Source: Bigelowiella natans CCMP2755
Taxonomy: Eukaryota > Protista > Cercozoa
Assembly: GCA_000320545.1 (NCBI GenBank)
Contig: ADNK01002538.1
Span: forward strand, 1-42,172
DNA: 42,172 nt
Direction of reading: 5' to 3'
Shown here: piece after piece, positions 36,640-42,172 of the stretch
How positions within the stretch are numbered: position 1 is the first letter of the stretch
How the letters are laid out: each line of letters opens with the position of its first letter
Translations under genes and position numbers: made by a program
The notes under the pieces: model-generated
Databases searched by the model: none
The model's input: the letters and a program-made list of their open reading frames with translations, nothing else
Told to the model about the DNA's origin: nothing

Positions 36640-38480
36640 TTGCTATGAATGTGTGCACCGAGGTTATATCGATTTTCAGCATTGATTTTCTTAGATTCTT
36701 TCAATCCTCCTCCTCGTGATTTTTTCCGGGATTTCCATGTGCAGTCATTTTTGCCTGTATTTCGGCGGAGCGACTGTGGGCCTAAGCATCAGCAGCAGCA
36801 GCTGTTGTTATTATCATCGTCCTATTTTCTAATCGCTCGATTGAGGGAGGAGGCATTCACTTTTGAACAAAAACGAAACACTGATCAAGTTTTTTATCAT
36901 CGCAGCGGTGATTCTTGATAATAGTCATCGTAATCATCAGTCTTATTTTTTTATTTTTACAGCGATTGATCACGATTACCAAGTTTTTCTTGATGCACGC
37001 AAGCATTCTCTCCTGGTGTGCCGGGGGGGCGGACTAGGGTAAGGATTCGACTAACCCCCTCCTTATGTTCGGAAACTATATCATTCGCCTTCTCATCTAT
37101 CACTTTTTCTCCTTTGTTCTCCCTCTCCTCCTCCTCCTCATCCTTTACATTTTTCGTTCTTTTTAAAATGCTCTTCTTGGAGGGTTTTGATTTCTTTTTC
37201 TTCAATGTTGTTGTCTTGTAGGATCCACGGAGACGATCTGTTCAGTGGCAATTTATATAATGCGATTCACCGCCATCAAAATCACTCCGTTGTCAATCAA
37301 ACCTTTTTTTTTCACTTCATTCTTGTTTTTCATTCGATCACTGCGCTTTTGCTTTTTCTTAGCCCTGTGGCCAGATGCAAAGGAGGGAGGACCAACCATC
37401 TGCAATATTGTGTGAAAAATGTTCATCGTGAAATTTGAAAAGTCACGATTTCGAGACCAACGAAAACCGTCAAACATGCATTGGTGAAGATCCAAGGGAA
37501 TGTGCACATAGCTGCACCTATCATAATATCTAAAGAACATGGATGACGCAAATTCCCGTAAATCCAATTTGTATACTCACCTCCCAGGTCCGATGACGAA
37601 TGCAAAAGGCTCGCTGCTTTCAGGTTTCCTTCAACGCAGGCAATTTCTCACTTTTTGCGAAAGCCGTGAACGATTCCGTGAGCATTCCTATGCAGGGACA
37701 ATCGGGGGAATGTATTCGGACCGTTCCGAGAATTTTACAATCGGCCGGCAGAGAAAGGTGAGTTTTGAAGCATTCGTTTGGTGGATTTGGCCCCGTTTCC
37801 CATCTGCGACATAAAATAATTGTACAGCAAATTTCAGGACCTTTCTCATCAAAAGTCGAAAAAGTTTCAGTAATCTTCGGCGATTTCTTTTTACCAAGTC
37901 TTTAAAAAAAAAACAGGATAATTTTAGATTGCGACATCACGAATATGTCTTGAAGTCGAGTTATACTGGCGAGTACTGCCGATTTCGGATTGGAAATACG
38001 TGCTCCTGGTGAGTGCTGCTTTTTTCGTACTAACGTTGCCTATGAGTTTGTTGACGTCACCTTTGCATAAAATGCACTCCATTATTACACATGCGACTTG
38101 ATATTTATTCCGCATGCATTTATAAATGCATTCGAAACTGTTCTCAACACTCTCCTTTTTCGCAGCGTCAACAGAAAATTGCCCTCGTCTTCAGGTTCCG
38201 TCGTCCCTTTTTCTCCGATTCGGAAATTTCCGCGTACCCTGTCGTATTGGAATAGGCTCCGTTTTTCCTGATACAACGGGAATCGAAGGTTGTCGTAGTT
38301 ATAGAACACACTGTGATTATATGTCGTTACATCTTTTGCTATGTCATGCGGAAGCTGACGACCAGAAACGCTCACTCCATAAATTACGGCGCCAGTCAGC
38401 AAGGAAACAGAGAAAGGCCTCCATCCAGAACTCTCTACCCCTCCCCTCTTCCCGCACTTACAGGTGAAAGTTCTGTCCTT
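36640..38480 (-). CDS. Hypothetical coding exons (Lys/Glu-rich); possibly the 5' part of the 33917-36330 gene
   Basis: KKKKSKPSKKSILKRTKNVKDEEEERENKGEKVIDEKAND and several short ORFs separated by compact GT-AG gaps. Confidence 0.4.
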
Positions 38481-38700
38481 TTCCGTTTTCTTTCTGTTTG
38501 GAATCTCAAAAGAAAGGGGATGAAGAAAGAAAGAAATATTTGGTGATGCGGATAAGGATAGTTTCCCACAGAAATAGAGAAACCGTTTGCTGCTCCTCCC
38601 CTTCCTGAAATGACCTTGTTTTCATTGCAAATAATTGCTGGCTAAGCTTTGTTGGGCGGATGTGACACTTGACTAGTATTAAGAAAAATGTTTATAACGG

Positions 38701-39857
38701 ATGATGTCAATCAGGCGAAGAAGAATGCAGCAACCGTGTACACCTGGAAAGGGCCAGGAAATAACGCCCCCGCTTCTCGAATTTGATTCTATCGACCTGC
38801 GGAAGCTCAACCTCTGCGAACCAAATCTTGAGTGGGAATTCAACTTCAGCGGTGCTATAATCCGATCTGAACCGAATACCCCTGCAACGTGTCGGCGACT
38901 AGGTATTTTAGTCAAGAATGAATATACCTCGTTTGACAGTAGAAAATTAGCTGAAGTTACGTCTCTACCAAATAAGCATGCCATCTTTAAAGGCTCTCGT
39001 TGATTTCTCTGTAGGGGCAACTCCAAGGGCTAAGCGTCCAGCCGCTTCCAACTTGACTTTCCGCACACCTCGATATGATCTTGAAACTTCATCAAACTCA
39101 AACGCTACAAGCAGCAGTTACTGGAGCACTAGCAATGAGTCCTCCCAAACCAGGTGATCATCAAAGTTGTAGCATTCTATAAATGCACCTCTCGTTCTCC
39201 TCTCTACATCCTTTAGCTCTCTCTCTCTCTTTCCTCATCAATATCCTCACCGCTTAGTTCCATGCATGCCAATCAGCAGCTTGACATCCATGAGGTGAAC
39301 TAACTTGCTTCTACTACAACAACTAAATTGACAGAGGAGTGGATGAGGAGAGCAGCTCCTCCACATATCCATTGGACATGGAGAACATGAGTGGCTGTCT
39401 TGTCAAAGAGCCTGTTCCTCAATTCGTGTTTGATGGTAATAGTAATACCTCTTCCCGCAGCTCTATCTGACCACGTCGTAAAAATGTCAATGACTTAAAA
39501 ATACCCTCTGTTTAATTGTTTATAGGGAGCGGGCGACCTGTGCTTTCAGAGCCGAATTCCCCCGCCACAGCTCGCAGCGGCCGACGTAAAAGCAAGCGTG
39601 ATGCTATGATTCGCCGTTCCGCTTCAGTACAATCTCCTCGCATTCCATTTCTGCCCAAGGGTGTGTTTGACGTAAATGACGATTTCTGCAACCATCTCGA
39701 GCATATGTCACTGGGCGATGAAAACACCAGCATTAGCAGCCCTAAATATAGAAGCAACTTAAACGTAGATGGTGCTGCTGACTCAGAAACGGTCTGGAGC
39801 GCAATGTCATCGTTGTTTGCTCACGCAAGTGGGAGTTTAGATGACAAAGACACCTGA
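38701..39857 (+). CDS. Hypothetical Ser/Pro-rich protein with a duplicated SEPN[TS]PAT motif
   Basis: Exons at ~38701-38902, ~39015-39153, 39258-39294, 39335-39435 and 39526-39857. The last four splice in frame from MSPPKP. The link to the first exon is unresolved. Confidence 0.5.
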
Positions 39858-40169
39858 TATCATAATTTTAACCAATTAAAATGCAATGAAGCTGTGAGAA
39901 CTACGAGATGCAAGAGAACGAGGGTCAACTCCTCAGCCGTGTTTTGCTTGTTATCAACGTGGACTCCTCAATATACATCAGTAAACATAGAAAGTAAGGT
40001 CGCGCTGTAAGAGTCTAGTTTTGCAGACATTTTAGAAAACTTTAGGAGGTTCACTACTGTGAGGAGGTCGCTATTATTCGCCTATCTCTTTTTCATAAAT
40101 GACCCAGTATCGTATATGCATTCTTAATCGACTTATTGTGCGTATTACTGTAACGATGCAAACTTAGCA

Positions 40170-40830
40170 TTGTGTCACCTTATAAGCATGATGCGAGGAA
40201 CATTTGGATCAATTTTAGCCATGATGATAACAACCACCGCAGAAGTCCGACACATCGAATGAATAATGTACCATGTATTGCACATGCTAGCATGGCTAGA
40301 TGGAGTGCCTGCTTTCGATCGATGAGCTTCATCGCTGGCAATATCATCTGCCTGTGGAATGTACATGAGAAGCGCTATATTATTGTATTATACATATGAA
40401 ATGCAGGTCATCTAGTCGCATACACGATGCAGCTCTAGCTAGAGCTGTCGCACAAAGCTAGGAGCCCAACTAGCCAGTAGTTATATAGCATAGAGACAAA
40501 AGTAGCTTCTAGACCTGTACGTACGCATACACGCTACGCTTGCGCACGTGCCGTGCTTGCTAGCTAGCTAGTGTGTGCTCACGCACAGTGCATGCGATGC
40601 ACGCACGTAGCACATACATTCGCTATAGCAGCACTGCTAGCTAGCGCACATCCATCTAGCCATGTGAAGACCACAGTCATGCTAGCATGTGTAGCAATTT
40701 CAGAATGGGCAACGACAAATTATTCTGATAATATGCATGTTATGACTGACGATGGTTATCCTAATCCATGTCATCATCGTGCACTTATTGTCTATCTCTA
40801 CTAGCGTACTATGCGCTACTAATGCTCTTT
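40170..40830. other. CTAG/CATG-rich island 4 (convergent junction between two hypothetical genes)
   Basis: gctagctagctag (~40559-40571), ctctagctagag, gctagctagc, catgctagcatg and gtacgtac. Confidence 0.75.
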
Positions 40831-40867
40831 ATGCCATTAGCAGCAGAAATTGAATCAAGCCTGACTA

Positions 40868-41204
40868 CTAGTCACAGAATATCGGCTCATACCAGTCTTC
40901 TTTGCCTGTATGAAGATATAGATATATCACAACACAATGCAAGCGAGTGAGTGGCTTTTAGTGTAATACTTTCCTCATAATGCAATTCAAAAGAATGTGT
41001 AAATAACCACTGAGGCCGGGCAGAGGTGCTACTAACAGCAAAAGCAACGTGCCTTACTACTACTATTACGAATGTGAGAATGTATCACACGAAGACATGT
41101 ACTAAGTGCGTGTGTGTGTGTGTAGAGAATATTAGCATTTACCTTCCCCCCTGTTTAAAAACTTAGCTTTGAATACCTGACAACACACACACACAAACAC
41201 ATAC

Positions 41205-41271
<67 letters not shown>

Positions 41272-41890
41272 GATATGCTTGTATCAGAAGAAGAAATAGA
41301 AACAGAAGAAGAAGAAGAAGAAGAAGAAGAAGAAGAAGGCCTAGGGCAGATAGTACTAGTAGTACTAGTAGCAGCAGCAGCAGCAGTGGATATTTTATTA
41401 GAATAAGGTTGATAGACGTATTCCTCATATTTTGTGCTCTAAATATATCTTTCTCTCTCTCTCTCTCTCTCTTTCATAAATACGTGGTTCAGTACCTGTG
41501 CACCCCATTCACTCTTTAGCCTATCCATAGACCGTAGGAAGGCATCTTCGGCCTTTGGCTGATGGTGATTGTAGGTGATGATGATAGTGTGTAGGAAATG
41601 AAGAACACATCTTGGACGCGAGCATGTTTGTACGCACATGTGATGCGGTAGACGAAAATGAGAGAGGGAGAGAGAGGGGGGGAGACAAAGAGATTTGCCA
41701 TACATTTGCAACGAAAGACATTTATTGGAAGTTTCCTCTCCACCATCACCACCATCACCATCATCATCATTATCATCATCATCATCATCGTCGTATATAA
41801 TCTTCCATGGTAGCAAGGATAATCGTCCACATTGGCCGCACCTCTCCAATTGCGAATATGGATGTTCCGCTCCCTTTGCGCCAACAAAGA
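40868..41890 (-). CDS. 3' exons of a hypothetical gene entering from beyond the window end
   Basis: GT-AG-bounded exons PKAEDAFLRSMDRLKSEWGAQ (~41495-41557) | VFKAKFLNRGE (~41143-41176) | GKEDWYEPIFCD* (~40868-40905) splice in frame. Confidence 0.5.
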
Positions 41891-42013
41891 AGAAAAACAA
41901 GAAAATCACATGTGCGTGTTTTTGGTATGCAAAGTTATCAGAGAAGAATACGACTTTACGGGTAATGATTTTGTGTGAGAAGACAGATGGATATGATGAT
42001 ATTGATATAGATA

Positions 42014-42055
<42 letters not shown>

Positions 42056-42086
42056 ATATATATAAATATATACATATACATATATC

Positions 42087-42123
<37 letters not shown>

Positions 42124-42172
42124 ATATATATGTAGATTATTCTCTCTCGCCATTCTGTTTTGAAAAGTCTCC

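Noticed and set aside
37920-38200. Class III aminotransferase-like motif (VACVIMECIL)
   Set aside because: The resemblance is superficial. No DEV or PLP-lysine motif could be assembled.
41439-42153. Long ORFs rich in HT/YI/CV/ER/D runs (also 35189-35890, 16254-16493 and others)
   Set aside because: These are translations of stop-free intronic microsatellites.

Overview
Gene-dense, intron-rich eukaryotic nuclear DNA with microsatellite-filled GT-AG introns. It probably comes from an alga with a secondary plastid, possibly a chlorarachniophyte; this is inferred from the bipartite leader on a ferredoxin. Hand-spliced genes run in alternating orientation: mitochondrial adenylate kinase (-), plastid 2Fe-2S ferredoxin (+), an apparently damaged polycystin/REJ-type receptor (-) with a chimeric adenylyl-cyclase fragment upstream, a ~12 kb gene fusing a RhoGEF DH-PH module to a C-terminal kinesin motor (+), kinetochore Spc24 (-), a signal-anchored TPR protein (+) and three or four hypothetical genes. 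Two things stand out. First, the RhoGEF-kinesin fusion has an in-frame splice path and all motor motifs. Second, all four convergent (tail-to-tail) gene junctions, and none of the divergent ones, carry an island rich in CTAG/CATG/TGCA. In the two islands counted, TpA is also nearly absent outside CTAG. This suggests a localised mutational or base-modification process tied to convergent transcription termination. No tRNA, rRNA, CRISPR array or intact transposase was recognised. Exon coordinates are hand-derived and approximate.
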